From assembly GCA_963613145.1 (NCBI GenBank), contig CAVDXW010000001.1:1-63103 (forward strand): 63,103 bases of DNA, written 5' to 3'. Of the stretch, positions 33,824-45,047 are shown one piece after another. The notes below the pieces were generated by a model, which was given only the letters and a program-made list of their open reading frames with translations, made no database searches and was not told the origin of the DNA. How positions within the stretch are numbered: position 1 is the first letter of the stretch; each line of letters begins with the position of its first letter. A program made the translations under genes and the position numbers. This DNA comes from Bacteroidaceae bacterium (GTDB lineage Bacteria > Bacillota > Clostridia > Oscillospirales > Oscillospiraceae).

Positions 33824-34543
33824 ATGAAAAAAATGACAGCTTTTATCCTTGCGCTGGTCTGCACCCTGACGCTGGTGGCCTGCGGCAAGAAGAACACCGG
33901 CGATAACACCGATCCCACGCCTGCGCCCGACCCCACGCCCGCCGTCACCACCGCCGAGTTTACCCACGGCTATGTGGACATGGCTGTGGAGCTGCCGGAG
34001 GGCTGGAGCTGGGAGGATGTCGCCGACAACGGCACCGACAAGACCGAGGGCATCCGCTTCTATAAGACCGACGATCCCACCGTCAGCTACACGCTGCTGT
34101 GCTGGACGGGCGGCTACGGCATCTGCGGCACGGGTGTGACTACCGAGGAGCTGACGCTCGCCAACGGCATGAAGGCGACGCTGTACAGCAGCGAGGACAC
34201 GGACAAGGGCACCATGTCCATGGCGGACATCGTGTTCAACGATGTGGCGGGCAGCTATGTCGCCGCGCCGTCCGAAACGATGACTACCGAGGTGTGGAAC
34301 GCCAACCGCGACACGCTGCTGTCCATTCTGGGCACGGCGCAGCTGGGACGCAAGAGCATCACCATGCAGGCGGCCATCGACGCGGCTAAGGCGCAGTACA
34401 CCGGAGAATACGACCAGGTGTACGCCACCTATGACGTCACCGCCGGTGCGTGGACGGTGAGCTTCAGCAAGAGCACCGCCGGGGAAAAGACCACCCGTCT
34501 GGTGGTAGACGCCGCCGGAAAGGTCATGGCCGCCGGGAAGTAA
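33824..34543 (+). CDS. lipoprotein with Pro/Thr/Asp linker and PepSY-like C-terminus
   Basis: lipobox LVAC, DPTPAPDPTPA linker, ITMQAAIDAAK...VDAAGKV. Confidence 0.8.
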   Translation: MKKMTAFILALVCTLTLVACGKKNTGDNTDPTPAPDPTPAVTTAEFTHGYVDMAVELPEGWSWEDVADNGTDKTEGIRFYKTDDPTVSYTLLCWTGGYGICGTGVTTEELTLANGMKATLYSSEDTDKGTMSMADIVFNDVAGSYVAAPSETMTTEVWNANRDTLLSILGTAQLGRKSITMQAAIDAAKAQYTGEYDQVYATYDVTAGAWTVSFSKSTAGEKTTRLVVDAAGKVMAAGK

Positions 34544-34592
34544 AAATATACCCGGCGACTTGACAAATGTCCGTCACCGGGTATAATGGAGA

Positions 34593-34684
34593 TAGAGCCG
34601 CTGCGACAAGCGGTTTGGCTCGGTCACAATTGGAATTCATTCAGAAAGCCGTCACTTGGCCGAGTGGCGGCTTTCGCGTTTTAC
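34593..34684 (+). ncRNA. candidate antitoxin/antisense RNA
   Basis: TTGACA(34560)-16-TATAAT(34582) promoter, no ORF, hairpin 34644-34675. Confidence 0.6.
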
Positions 34685-34735
34685 CTTCAATGTAAAGGCG
34701 AGTCCAAACAAGTGAATGGTCAACATGATAGGCAT
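34652..34735 (-). CDS. 27-aa hydrophobic peptide, candidate type I toxin
   Basis: [36 protein letters not shown] sequestered in a GAAA-capped hairpin; promoter TTGACA(34833)-17-TACAAT. Confidence 0.65.
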   Translation of the reverse strand: MPIMLTIHLFGLAFTLKVKRESRHSAK

Positions 34736-34877
34736 ACTGTCACCTCCTTTCGGAGGGTGTAGCCAAACCGCCTGCCGTAGCGCAGCAACTCTATTCCGCG
34801 ACATATTGTAACAATCTGTCGAAGGAATGTCAATGCTTGTGCTTGACAACCTGCCGGAAAAGTGCTATTCTTGTCCC

Positions 34878-35038
34878 GTTACAGGCGTTGACGGGCGTGG
34901 CGCGCCCCGAGCTGCGGGAGGAAATGCCCGACGGAGCCTCCGTTACAGGCGCGAGAGTGTGGAGCTGTCCAAATTCGGGTGGAACCGCGGACGATGTTCG
35001 TTCGCCCCGATGTCCCTTGCGGGACATCGGGGCTTTTT
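34878..35038 (+). ncRNA. Gly T-box riboswitch, atypically short
   Basis: promoter TTGACA(34843)-17-TATTCT; F-box CCGTTAC, T-box AATTCGGGTGGAACCGCG (UGGA pairs UCCA of tRNA-Gly), terminator 35004-35038. Confidence 0.88.
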
Positions 35039-35103
35039 GCTGTGCAAAGGCATGGCAACATAAAAAAGCTTACCAAAACACTTCATATAGGAGGAATCAC
35101 CAC

Positions 35104-36525
35104 ATGAAAAACACCGAAAAGACCATGGATAAAATCGTGGCACTGTGCAAAAACCGCGGCATCATCTTCGCCGGCAGTGAGATCTACGGCGGCCTTGCCA
35201 ACACATGGGACTACGGCCCCCTCGGCGTGGAGCTGAAGAACAACATCAAAAAGGCGTGGTGGAAGAAGTTCGTGCAGGAGAATCCCTACAATGTCGGACA
35301 GGATGCCGCCATCCTGATGAACCCGCAGACATGGGTGGCCAGCGGCCATCTGGCAGGCTTCTCCGACCCGCTGATGGACTGCAAGGAGTGCAAGGAGCGC
35401 TTCCGCGCCGACAAGCTCATCGAGGACTGGTGCCACGAAAACGGCTTTGCGCTGCCGAAGCCCATCGACGCCTTCTCCCAGCAGGAGATGAAGGCCTTCA
35501 TCGAGGACAGGAATATCCCCTGCCCCAGCTGCGGCAAGCACAACTTCACCGACATTCGCCAGTTCAACCTGATGTTCAAGACATTTCAGGGCGTGACCGA
35601 GGACGCGAAGAACACCGTGTATCTGCGGCCTGAAACGGCGCAGGGCATATTCACCAACTTTGTGAACACCCAGCGCACCACCCGCCGCAAGCTGCCGTTC
35701 GGCGTGTGCCAGATCGGTAAATCCTTCCGCAACGAGATCACGCCGGGCAACTTTATCTTCCGCGTGCGCGAGTTCGAGCAGATGGAGCTGGAGTTCTTCT
35801 GCAAGCCCGGCACAGACCTTGAGTGGTTCAACTACTGGCGCACCTTCTGCCATAACTGGCTGCTGGGCATCGGGCTGAAGGACGAAAACCTGCGCCTGCG
35901 TGACCACGACCCGGAGGAGCTGTGCTTCTACTCCAAGGCCACCACGGACTTCGAGTTCCTGTTCCCGTTCGGCTGGGGTGAGCTGTGGGGCGTGGCCGAC
36001 CGCACCGACTACGACCTGACGCAGCACCAGAACACCTCCGGCAAGGACCTGACCTATTTCGACCCGGAGACGAACGAGCGGTATATCCCCTATGTGGTCG
36101 AGCCGTCCCTCGGCGTGGAGCGCAGCGTGCTGGCCGTGCTGGTGGACGCCTATGACGAGGAGGTCGTGGACGCGGAGAAGAACGATGTCCGCACGGTGCT
36201 GCACCTGCACCCCGCGCTCGCTCCCTACAAGGCCGCCGTGCTGCCCCTGAGCAAGAAGCTCAGTGACAAGGCGCGGGAGGTCTACACCGAGCTGAGCAAG
36301 GAGTGGATGATCGACTTCGACGAGACCGGCTCCATCGGCAAGCGGTACCGCCGCGAGGACGAGGTGGGCACGCCGTTCTGCATCACCGTGGACTTCGACA
36401 CCGTGGGCGATGCGGAGCACGAGGGCGACAGCTGCGTCACCGTCCGCGAGCGCGACAGCATGGAGCAGGTGCGTATCCCCATCAGCGAGCTGAAGGCGTA
36501 TCTGGCGGAGAAGCTGGCGTATTAA
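35104..36525 (+). CDS. glyS: glycine--tRNA ligase (homodimeric alpha2 type)
   Basis: [43 protein letters not shown]. Confidence 0.97.
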   Translation: MKNTEKTMDKIVALCKNRGIIFAGSEIYGGLANTWDYGPLGVELKNNIKKAWWKKFVQENPYNVGQDAAILMNPQTWVASGHLAGFSDPLMDCKECKERFRADKLIEDWCHENGFALPKPIDAFSQQEMKAFIEDRNIPCPSCGKHNFTDIRQFNLMFKTFQGVTEDAKNTVYLRPETAQGIFTNFVNTQRTTRRKLPFGVCQIGKSFRNEITPGNFIFRVREFEQMELEFFCKPGTDLEWFNYWRTFCHNWLLGIGLKDENLRLRDHDPEELCFYSKATTDFEFLFPFGWGELWGVADRTDYDLTQHQNTSGKDLTYFDPETNERYIPYVVEPSLGVERSVLAVLVDAYDEEVVDAEKNDVRTVLHLHPALAPYKAAVLPLSKKLSDKAREVYTELSKEWMIDFDETGSIGKRYRREDEVGTPFCITVDFDTVGDAEHEGDSCVTVRERDSMEQVRIPISELKAYLAEKLAY

Positions 36526-36544
36526 GAGCAGACTGTGGACAAAC

Positions 36545-36579
36545 GAAAAGCGCGGACGGGAAACCGTCCGCGCTTTTCG
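36545..36579. terminator. bidirectional terminator after glyS
   Basis: CGAAAAGCGCGGACGG-GAAA-CCGTCCGCGCTTTTCG. Confidence 0.85.
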
Positions 36580-36622
36580 TGTTAAGAGAGAAAAAAAGGA
36601 AAGTAATCGAGCTTTTGCCGTG

Positions 36623-36808
36623 TTACAGCAGGGTACACAGCAGATTCAGGTCAGCCAGCAGCCACACCGGCATCAGTATGCCAGTCACGCGGCACAGCGG
36701 GGTGATGTTCCCCGTCAGCATACACACGAAGGTGTAAACGAGGATGGCCGTGACGACCACTGCGGCGATAGCCAGAACGGTAAGGGTGGTGGACTTTGAT
36801 TTTGTCAT
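36623..36808 (-). CDS. 61-aa small membrane protein (2 TM), divergent from LysR gene
   Basis: RBS AGGAG, MTKSKSTTLTVLAIAAVVVTAILVYTFVCML... Confidence 0.6.
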   Translation of the reverse strand: MTKSKSTTLTVLAIAAVVVTAILVYTFVCMLTGNITPLCRVTGILMPVWLLADLNLLCTLL

Positions 36809-36889
36809 AGGGAACAACTCCTTTCTTGTTTGTGGCTAAAGCATACCACAGAAGTCAGCGCTTGTAAAATTGATTATTTTGCAGTATAA

Positions 36890-36906
36890 TATAGTCAACG
36901 CCTATA
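36890..36906. promoter_or_regulatory. LTTR (T-N11-A) box
   Basis: TATAG-TCAACGC-CTATA palindrome between divergent genes. Confidence 0.6.
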
Positions 36907-36922
36907 ATTTGGAGGTGTTCCC

Positions 36923-37816
36923 ATGACCAATCAGGATATCGAGACCTTTTTCGCCGTGCTTGACCACGGCACGATGACCGCCGCCGCCGAAGCCCTGTAC
37001 ATCACCCAGCCGTCGCTCTCCGCCCGCCTGAAATCGTTGGAGGACGAGGTGGGCGCGCCGCTGTTCTACCGCGGTAAGGGACAGCGGCGCATCACGCTGA
37101 CCGATGCTGGGCAGCATTTCCTGCCGCTGGCGCGGCGGTGGCAGAATCTCTTCGCGGAGACGCAGACCTTCGCCTCGGCTGAGAAACGGGAGTTCCTGCA
37201 TGTCATCGCCGCCTACACCGCCAATCAGTACATCCTGCCCGCAGTGTACCAGCGGTTTCTGGAGCGGGAGCTCCCCGTGAATCTGTGGGTGGAGTCCATG
37301 CGCACCGATCAGGCGGTGTCCGCCGTGGCGCGGGGCGATGCGGACATGGCCATCGTGGACGGCGGACTGCACTACGATTTGCAGATCGAGGCAAAGCCGC
37401 TGTTCCGTGAGGGGTTTTTCCTCGCCGTGCCGGATAACATGACGCTCGCCGAGCCGGTGGAGGCGACCTCCCTGCGGGTGGAGGACGAGATACTCGTCTA
37501 CGGCCAGCCGGAGATATTGCAGTGGCACGACTACTGGTTCGGCGTGGACGCCCGCCCCCTGCTGTACACCGACACGCCGCAGATCGCGGAGCGGCTGCCC
37601 TTTTTCGGCAAGCGGTGGAGCATTATCCCCGCCTCCGCCGCAGAGTACAGTATGCGCTTTTACAGGGTGCATGTCTACCGGCTGGCGCACCCGCCGGCGG
37701 AGCGCACCTTTTACCTCGTCACGCCGAAGGGACGCGCCCTCTCCTCCGCCGCCGAGACGCTGCTCGACGACCTGCGCAGTCACCTGCTGGCCGTGGACGG
37801 CGTGGCGTGGTATTGA
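36923..37816 (+). CDS. LysR-family transcriptional regulator
   Basis: TAAAEALYITQPSLSARLKSLEDEVG HTH. Confidence 0.95.
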   Translation: MTNQDIETFFAVLDHGTMTAAAEALYITQPSLSARLKSLEDEVGAPLFYRGKGQRRITLTDAGQHFLPLARRWQNLFAETQTFASAEKREFLHVIAAYTANQYILPAVYQRFLERELPVNLWVESMRTDQAVSAVARGDADMAIVDGGLHYDLQIEAKPLFREGFFLAVPDNMTLAEPVEATSLRVEDEILVYGQPEILQWHDYWFGVDARPLLYTDTPQIAERLPFFGKRWSIIPASAAEYSMRFYRVHVYRLAHPPAERTFYLVTPKGRALSSAAETLLDDLRSHLLAVDGVAWY

Positions 37817-37837
37817 TGTAGGGTGATGAGGGGTGAC

Positions 37838-37869
37838 AGCAGTCCCCCGCCTTACGGCGGGGGACTGCT
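37838..37869. terminator. terminator between convergent LysR and RluA genes
   Basis: AGCAGTCCCCCGCC-TTAC-GGCGGGGGACTGCT. Confidence 0.8.
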
Positions 37870-37878
37870 TTTCCCTTT

Positions 37879-38787
37879 TTATCGCTTTCCCAATTTCTCC
37901 AGCATGTGGGTGAACTCCTGCGGCAGCGGGCAGTGCAGCTCGACCGTCTCCCCCGTGCGGGGATGGATGAAGCGCAGACCCACGGCGTGCAGGCACTGGC
38001 CTGTCAGCCCCGGCACGGGCTTTTTCGCGCCGTACACCGTGTCGCCCAGAATGGGGTGGCCGATGTGCGCCATATGGACGCGGATCTGGTGGGTGCGCCC
38101 CGTCTCCAGACGGCAGCGCAGGTGCGTCACGCCCGCATACCGCGCCACGACCTCCCAGTGCGTCACGGCGCGGCGGCCGTCGGGCACGACCGCCATTTTT
38201 TTGCGGTCGGAGCGGCTGCGGCCGATGGGTGCGTCCACCATGCCGCTGTTCTCGCGCAGATTGCCGGTGACAAGGCACTCATAGGTGCGGGCGAGCGAGT
38301 GGTCGCTGAGCTGGGCACTGAGTGCGGCATGAGCGGCATCGTTCTTGGCGGCGATGATGAGCCCGCTGGTGTCGCGGTCGATACGGTGGACGATGCCGGG
38401 GCGTTTTTCCCCGCCGATACCCGAAAGACTGTCGCCGCAGTGGTACAGCAGGGCGTTGACCAATGTGCCGTCGGGGTGTCCCGGCGCGGGATGCACCACC
38501 AGTCCTGCGGGTTTGTTGACCACGATGACATCGCCGTCCTCGTAGACCACATCAAGTGGGATGTCCTGCGCCGTCACAGCGGTGTCGCGCACCTCCGGCA
38601 AGTCCACGGCAACGCGCTCGCCGCCGAGCAGACGGCAGCTCTTGGCCGCCGGTTTCCCGTCCACGGTGACGCGCCCCTCCTCGATGAGATGCGCCGCCTG
38701 CGAGCGGGAGAGCACACCGTCCGAGGCCAGAAACGCATCCAGACGCAGTCCCGCGTGTTCAGTTGCGGCCGTCAGCTCCCGCGTCAT
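37879..38787 (-). CDS. rluD: RluA/RluD-family pseudouridine synthase
   Basis: S4 domain, VHRIDRDTSG, LETGRTHQIRVH. Confidence 0.92.
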   Translation of the reverse strand: MTRELTAATEHAGLRLDAFLASDGVLSRSQAAHLIEEGRVTVDGKPAAKSCRLLGGERVAVDLPEVRDTAVTAQDIPLDVVYEDGDVIVVNKPAGLVVHPAPGHPDGTLVNALLYHCGDSLSGIGGEKRPGIVHRIDRDTSGLIIAAKNDAAHAALSAQLSDHSLARTYECLVTGNLRENSGMVDAPIGRSRSDRKKMAVVPDGRRAVTHWEVVARYAGVTHLRCRLETGRTHQIRVHMAHIGHPILGDTVYGAKKPVPGLTGQCLHAVGLRFIHPRTGETVELHCPLPQEFTHMLEKLGKR

Positions 38788-39256
38788 GCTTCGTCTCCCT
38801 TTCCCGCTTGTCGTATTTGTCGTAGAACCACAGGTAGTACACTGCGCCCAGAATCACGCCGATGACCACGAAGCAGTCGGCCAGATTGAAGATGGGGTAG
38901 GAGATGAACTCCAAATTGAACATATCCACCACATAGCCGCGGAAAACGCGGTCGATCATGTTGCCTACGCCGCCGCCGAGCACGAGCATGGCGGCGGTCA
39001 GCCCCAGCGGGTGGCGGATGATCTTCTTCACCACCAGCCACACCACGGCGGCCATCAGCACAATTGTCACCGCCGTGAGCAGACCCGTTTTACCGGAGAA
39101 GCTGCTCCACGCCGCGCCCGTGTTGTGCAGGCGCGTCAGGCGCACAACGCCCGGCAGCAGCGGCGCGGACTGCCCGAGCTCAAGATGGGTCGTCACCCAC
39201 TGCTTCAAAAGCTGGTCGAGGCCGATACACGCCGCCAGCAGGAGAATATACAGCAT
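38759..39256 (-). CDS. lspA: lipoprotein signal peptidase II
   Basis: NTGAAWS, GGVGNMIDR, VVDM, FNLAD. Confidence 0.95.
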   Translation of the reverse strand: MLYILLLAACIGLDQLLKQWVTTHLELGQSAPLLPGVVRLTRLHNTGAAWSSFSGKTGLLTAVTIVLMAAVVWLVVKKIIRHPLGLTAAMLVLGGGVGNMIDRVFRGYVVDMFNLEFISYPIFNLADCFVVIGVILGAVYYLWFYDKYDKRERETKHDAGADGRN

Positions 39257-39466
39257 AGTCGTTCCTCCCGAATCAACAATGCTCTTATCATAGCGTATTT
39301 GCGCGGGAATTGCAACTTTAATTCGCGGGAGAGGCGGGACGCCGATCCCTACGGACCGTTTTCTGCGGCGGGGGGATTTTATTGGGCTTTTCTTGTTTTT
39401 CCGCAGAGAATATGCTACAATACTCACGATAATTTCACTTCGCCCCGTGGGGGCAGGGAGGTCGCC

Positions 39467-40873
39467 TTGGACAGAACACAGATACAGCTCCCCGCCGAGC
39501 AGCTTGACCGCCAGCGGGACTTTGCGGCAAAAATAAAGGAAATGCACACCCACCGCCCGCTCCGCGCCATGGTGGACACCTTCGGCTGCCAGCAGAATGT
39601 GGCCGACAGCCAGCACATCATGGGTATGCTGGAGACAATGGGCTGCACCTTCACCGACGACGCATCGCAGGCGGACATCGTGGTGCTGAACACCTGCGCC
39701 ATCCGCGACCACGCGGAAAAGCGGGTCTACGGCAATTTAGGCGCGCTGACGCACACGAAAAAGGCAAATCCCGAGCAGGTCATCTGCCTGTGCGGGTGCA
39801 TGGCGCAGCGGCCGGAGGTGGCGGAAAAGGTGCGCCAGTCCTACCGCCATGTCGATCTGGTGTTAGGCCCGCAATCACTGTGGCGGTTTCCCGAGCTGCT
39901 GTACCAGGTCTACACGCAGCGGCGGCGTGTGTTCTCCGTGGCGGACGAGCACGGCTCCATCGCCGAGGGTATGCCCGTGGTACGCGAGGGGCGCACACGC
40001 GCATGGGTGAGCATCATGTACGGGTGCAATAACTTCTGCTCGTACTGCATCGTGCCCTATGTACGCGGGCGGGAGCGCAGCCGCGAGGCGAAATGCATCA
40101 TCGAGGAGGTGCGCTCTCTGGTGGCGGAGGGCTTCAAGGAGATCACGCTGCTGGGGCAGAATGTCAACTCCTACGGCAAGGATCTGGGCAGTGGGTACGA
40201 CTTTGCCGACCTGCTGACGGAGCTGGACAAAATCGAGGGCGACTACCTCATCCGCTTCATGTCGTCCCAGCCCAAGGACGCCACACACAAGCTGTTTGAC
40301 GCGATGGCGCACAGCCGCCATGTGGCGCGGCAGCTGCACCTGCCCGTGCAGTCCGGCTGTGACCGTGTGCTCCGCGCCATGAACCGCCCCTACGATGTGG
40401 CGAAGTACATGGAGCTAATCACCTACGCCCGCAGCGTCATGCCGGAGCTGGTGCTGACCAGCGATGTGATCATCGGCTTCCCCGGCGAGACGGAGGCGGA
40501 GGCGATGGAGACGGTGGCACTCGCGGAAAGGGTACGGTTTGACGCACTGTTCACCTTCATCTTTTCGCCGCGCCCCGGCACACCGGCGGCAAGGATGGAC
40601 GACCCCGTGCCGCGTGAGGAAAAGCAGAGGTGGTTCGACCGCCTGTGCGCCGTACAGAACGGCATCTCCGAGGAGCTGCACCGGCAGTATGTGGGCAGAA
40701 CGCTGCGCTGTCTCGTGGACGGCGAGAGCGAGGACACCCGCTGGCCGCTGACCGCCCGCACCGCAGGCGGGCGGCTGGTACACTGCACGGGGAGCAAAGC
40801 CGCCGTGGGACAGTATCGCGATATTAAAATCACCGACAGCAACACATGGGCGTTGTTCGGTGAGATGGAATAA
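39467..40873 (+). CDS. miaB: tRNA-2-methylthio-N6-dimethylallyladenosine synthase
   Basis: TFGCQQN, NTCAIR, CNNFCSYC radical SAM motif, TRAM domain; TTG start after GGGAGG. Confidence 0.95.
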   Translation: MDRTQIQLPAEQLDRQRDFAAKIKEMHTHRPLRAMVDTFGCQQNVADSQHIMGMLETMGCTFTDDASQADIVVLNTCAIRDHAEKRVYGNLGALTHTKKANPEQVICLCGCMAQRPEVAEKVRQSYRHVDLVLGPQSLWRFPELLYQVYTQRRRVFSVADEHGSIAEGMPVVREGRTRAWVSIMYGCNNFCSYCIVPYVRGRERSREAKCIIEEVRSLVAEGFKEITLLGQNVNSYGKDLGSGYDFADLLTELDKIEGDYLIRFMSSQPKDATHKLFDAMAHSRHVARQLHLPVQSGCDRVLRAMNRPYDVAKYMELITYARSVMPELVLTSDVIIGFPGETEAEAMETVALAERVRFDALFTFIFSPRPGTPAARMDDPVPREEKQRWFDRLCAVQNGISEELHRQYVGRTLRCLVDGESEDTRWPLTARTAGGRLVHCTGSKAAVGQYRDIKITDSNTWALFGEME

Positions 40874-40877
40874 CGGA

Positions 40878-40975
40878 ATAGCAGAAGCACCCCCGCCGAG
40901 CGGCGGGGGTGCTTCTGTGTGTTTGTGTTAGGAGAGAGAGAAAATCACATCAGGAAGTGTTGTTCCTTTTGATGA
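40878..40975 (-). ncRNA. candidate CU-rich small RNA
   Basis: -10 TATTAT at 40985-40980, 5' hairpin, single-stranded UUUUCUCUCUCUCCUAACAC, terminator 40881-40918. Confidence 0.55.
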
Positions 40976-41046
40976 TGCTATAATACCCTGTAAATTTGAC
41001 CGAATCTTGAAATAGGAATGAACAATTTGTGAATTGTGCCTAAATT

Positions 41047-41484
41047 TCAGCGGTATTTTTTGCTCTCCGCGACAGCCAGCTCGTCACAGCGGTTGTTTTT
41101 TTCGTTCTCCGCGTGACCCTTGACCCAGTGATAGTGCATCTGATGCACCTGCGTCAGTGCCAGCAGACGCTCCCACAGGTCGGGGTTGAGGGCGGGCTTT
41201 TTGTCACTCTTGACCCAGCCGCGCCGCTGCCAGCCCTGCGCCCAGCCCTTTTCCAGCGCATCAATGACATACCTGCTGTCGCTGTACAGCTCGACGATGC
41301 ACGGTTCCCTGAGCAGTGACAGTGCCTCGATGACGGCGGTCAGCTCCATGCGGTTGTTGGTGGTAGCGCGTTCACCGCCGGAGAGCTCCTTCTCCGCGCC
41401 CTTGTAGCTGAGTATCGCGCCCCAACCGCCGGGGCCGGGGTTGCCGGAGCAGGCTCCGTCGGTGTAGATCGTTACGGTTTTCAT
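41047..41484 (-). CDS. rnhA: ribonuclease HI
   Basis: [28 protein letters not shown]. Confidence 0.97.
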   Translation of the reverse strand: MKTVTIYTDGACSGNPGPGGWGAILSYKGAEKELSGGERATTNNRMELTAVIEALSLLREPCIVELYSDSRYVIDALEKGWAQGWQRRGWVKSDKKPALNPDLWERLLALTQVHQMHYHWVKGHAENEKNNRCDELAVAESKKYR

Positions 41485-41534
41485 AGGTACTCCTTTTTGA
41501 CGGCTCCCCCCCTTTTAGACGGCATGTAGCGGAA

Positions 41535-42203
41535 TCATTCCACCTCTGTGACAAACAGCGTGCCGTCGTGGACGCGGAAGCGGAGGTTTTTCCCCGCGTA
41601 GCGCATACCGTATACGCGGTCGGGGTCACTCTGATACCGTGGGCGCGGGTCGGCGGCGAGTGTGCCGAGCAGTCCGTGCCGCTGCGCAGCATCGAACCGC
41701 GCCAGCAGCTCCGGCGGGAAGTCCACCGCGAGCGTTTCACCCGCGTCCCCGCCGGTGAAGCCGCCCGATGCATCGGGATAGCTGTCGGCATAGCTGAGAT
41801 ACGGCTTGATGTCGAAAATCGGTGTGCCGCTGACCATATCCGCGCCGCGGACATACAGCACGGGGCCGTCCGCCTCGTTCAGGGAAACGCGCTCCAGCTC
41901 CACGGCGGAAAGCCCCAGCGCATTGGGGCGGAACGGTGAGCGCGTGGCGAACACGCCCATACGCTCGTTGCCGCCCAGCCTCGGCGGGCGCACGGTGGGC
42001 GACCACTCAGACCGCACGGCGCGGTCGAACTGCCAGATGAGCCAGATGTGGGAAAAGCCGTCCAGTCCGCGCACCGCCTCCCTGTCGCGGAACGGCGGCG
42101 CGAACACGATGCGTCCTGCGCAGTCGGCAATGCCGCTCTGCCGAGGGACGCCGAACTTTTCGTCAAACGGCGTCTCTATCCACGCGATAGGGGTGATGTC
42201 CAT
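41535..42203 (-). CDS. tsaA: tRNA (N6-threonylcarbamoyladenosine-N6)-methyltransferase TrmO
   Basis: KFGVPRQ, GVFATRSPFRPN, GTPIFDIKPY, DPRPRY. Confidence 0.93.
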   Translation of the reverse strand: MDITPIAWIETPFDEKFGVPRQSGIADCAGRIVFAPPFRDREAVRGLDGFSHIWLIWQFDRAVRSEWSPTVRPPRLGGNERMGVFATRSPFRPNALGLSAVELERVSLNEADGPVLYVRGADMVSGTPIFDIKPYLSYADSYPDASGGFTGGDAGETLAVDFPPELLARFDAAQRHGLLGTLAADPRPRYQSDPDRVYGMRYAGKNLRFRVHDGTLFVTEVE

Positions 42204-42204
42204 A

Positions 42205-42542
42205 TCACCGCTCCCGCCGTCCCGTGTCGGTCAGGTGCGCCTTGATGTCCTTCGGCAGGCGCAGCAGACGCACGACCTCACCGGCCACGATAAGAAGCAT
42301 ACCCACCAGAATGACATAGATGTTCTGCATACTGCCGGCGGTGAAGAACATCCCCAGCAGCACCAGCAGCAGCACCATGTTGATACGCGCATTGCCGTCC
42401 TCGATCCGGCGCAGCTCCTCGTCCTTTGCGTAGATGACCTTGTTGTAGGAAAACAGCCCCTTGGCCGCCGCGTTGTGGTACAGCGTCTTGGTGAAATACT
42501 GCCAGCGCGTCAGCGGCACTACGGCCTCTCGCGGTGCGCTGC

Positions 42543-42546
<4 letters not shown>
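42205..42546 (-). CDS. hypothetical membrane protein (2 TM), coupled to gyrA
   Basis: ATGA overlap with gyrA stop, host-like codon usage. Confidence 0.7.
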
Positions 42547-45032
<2,486 letters not shown>

Positions 45033-45047
45033 ATTCTCACGACCTCC

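Noticed and set aside
38561..39466. Long N-terminal extension of miaB in the ORF track
   Set aside because: Overlaps lspA/rluD antisense; an RBS-supported TTG start lies at 39467
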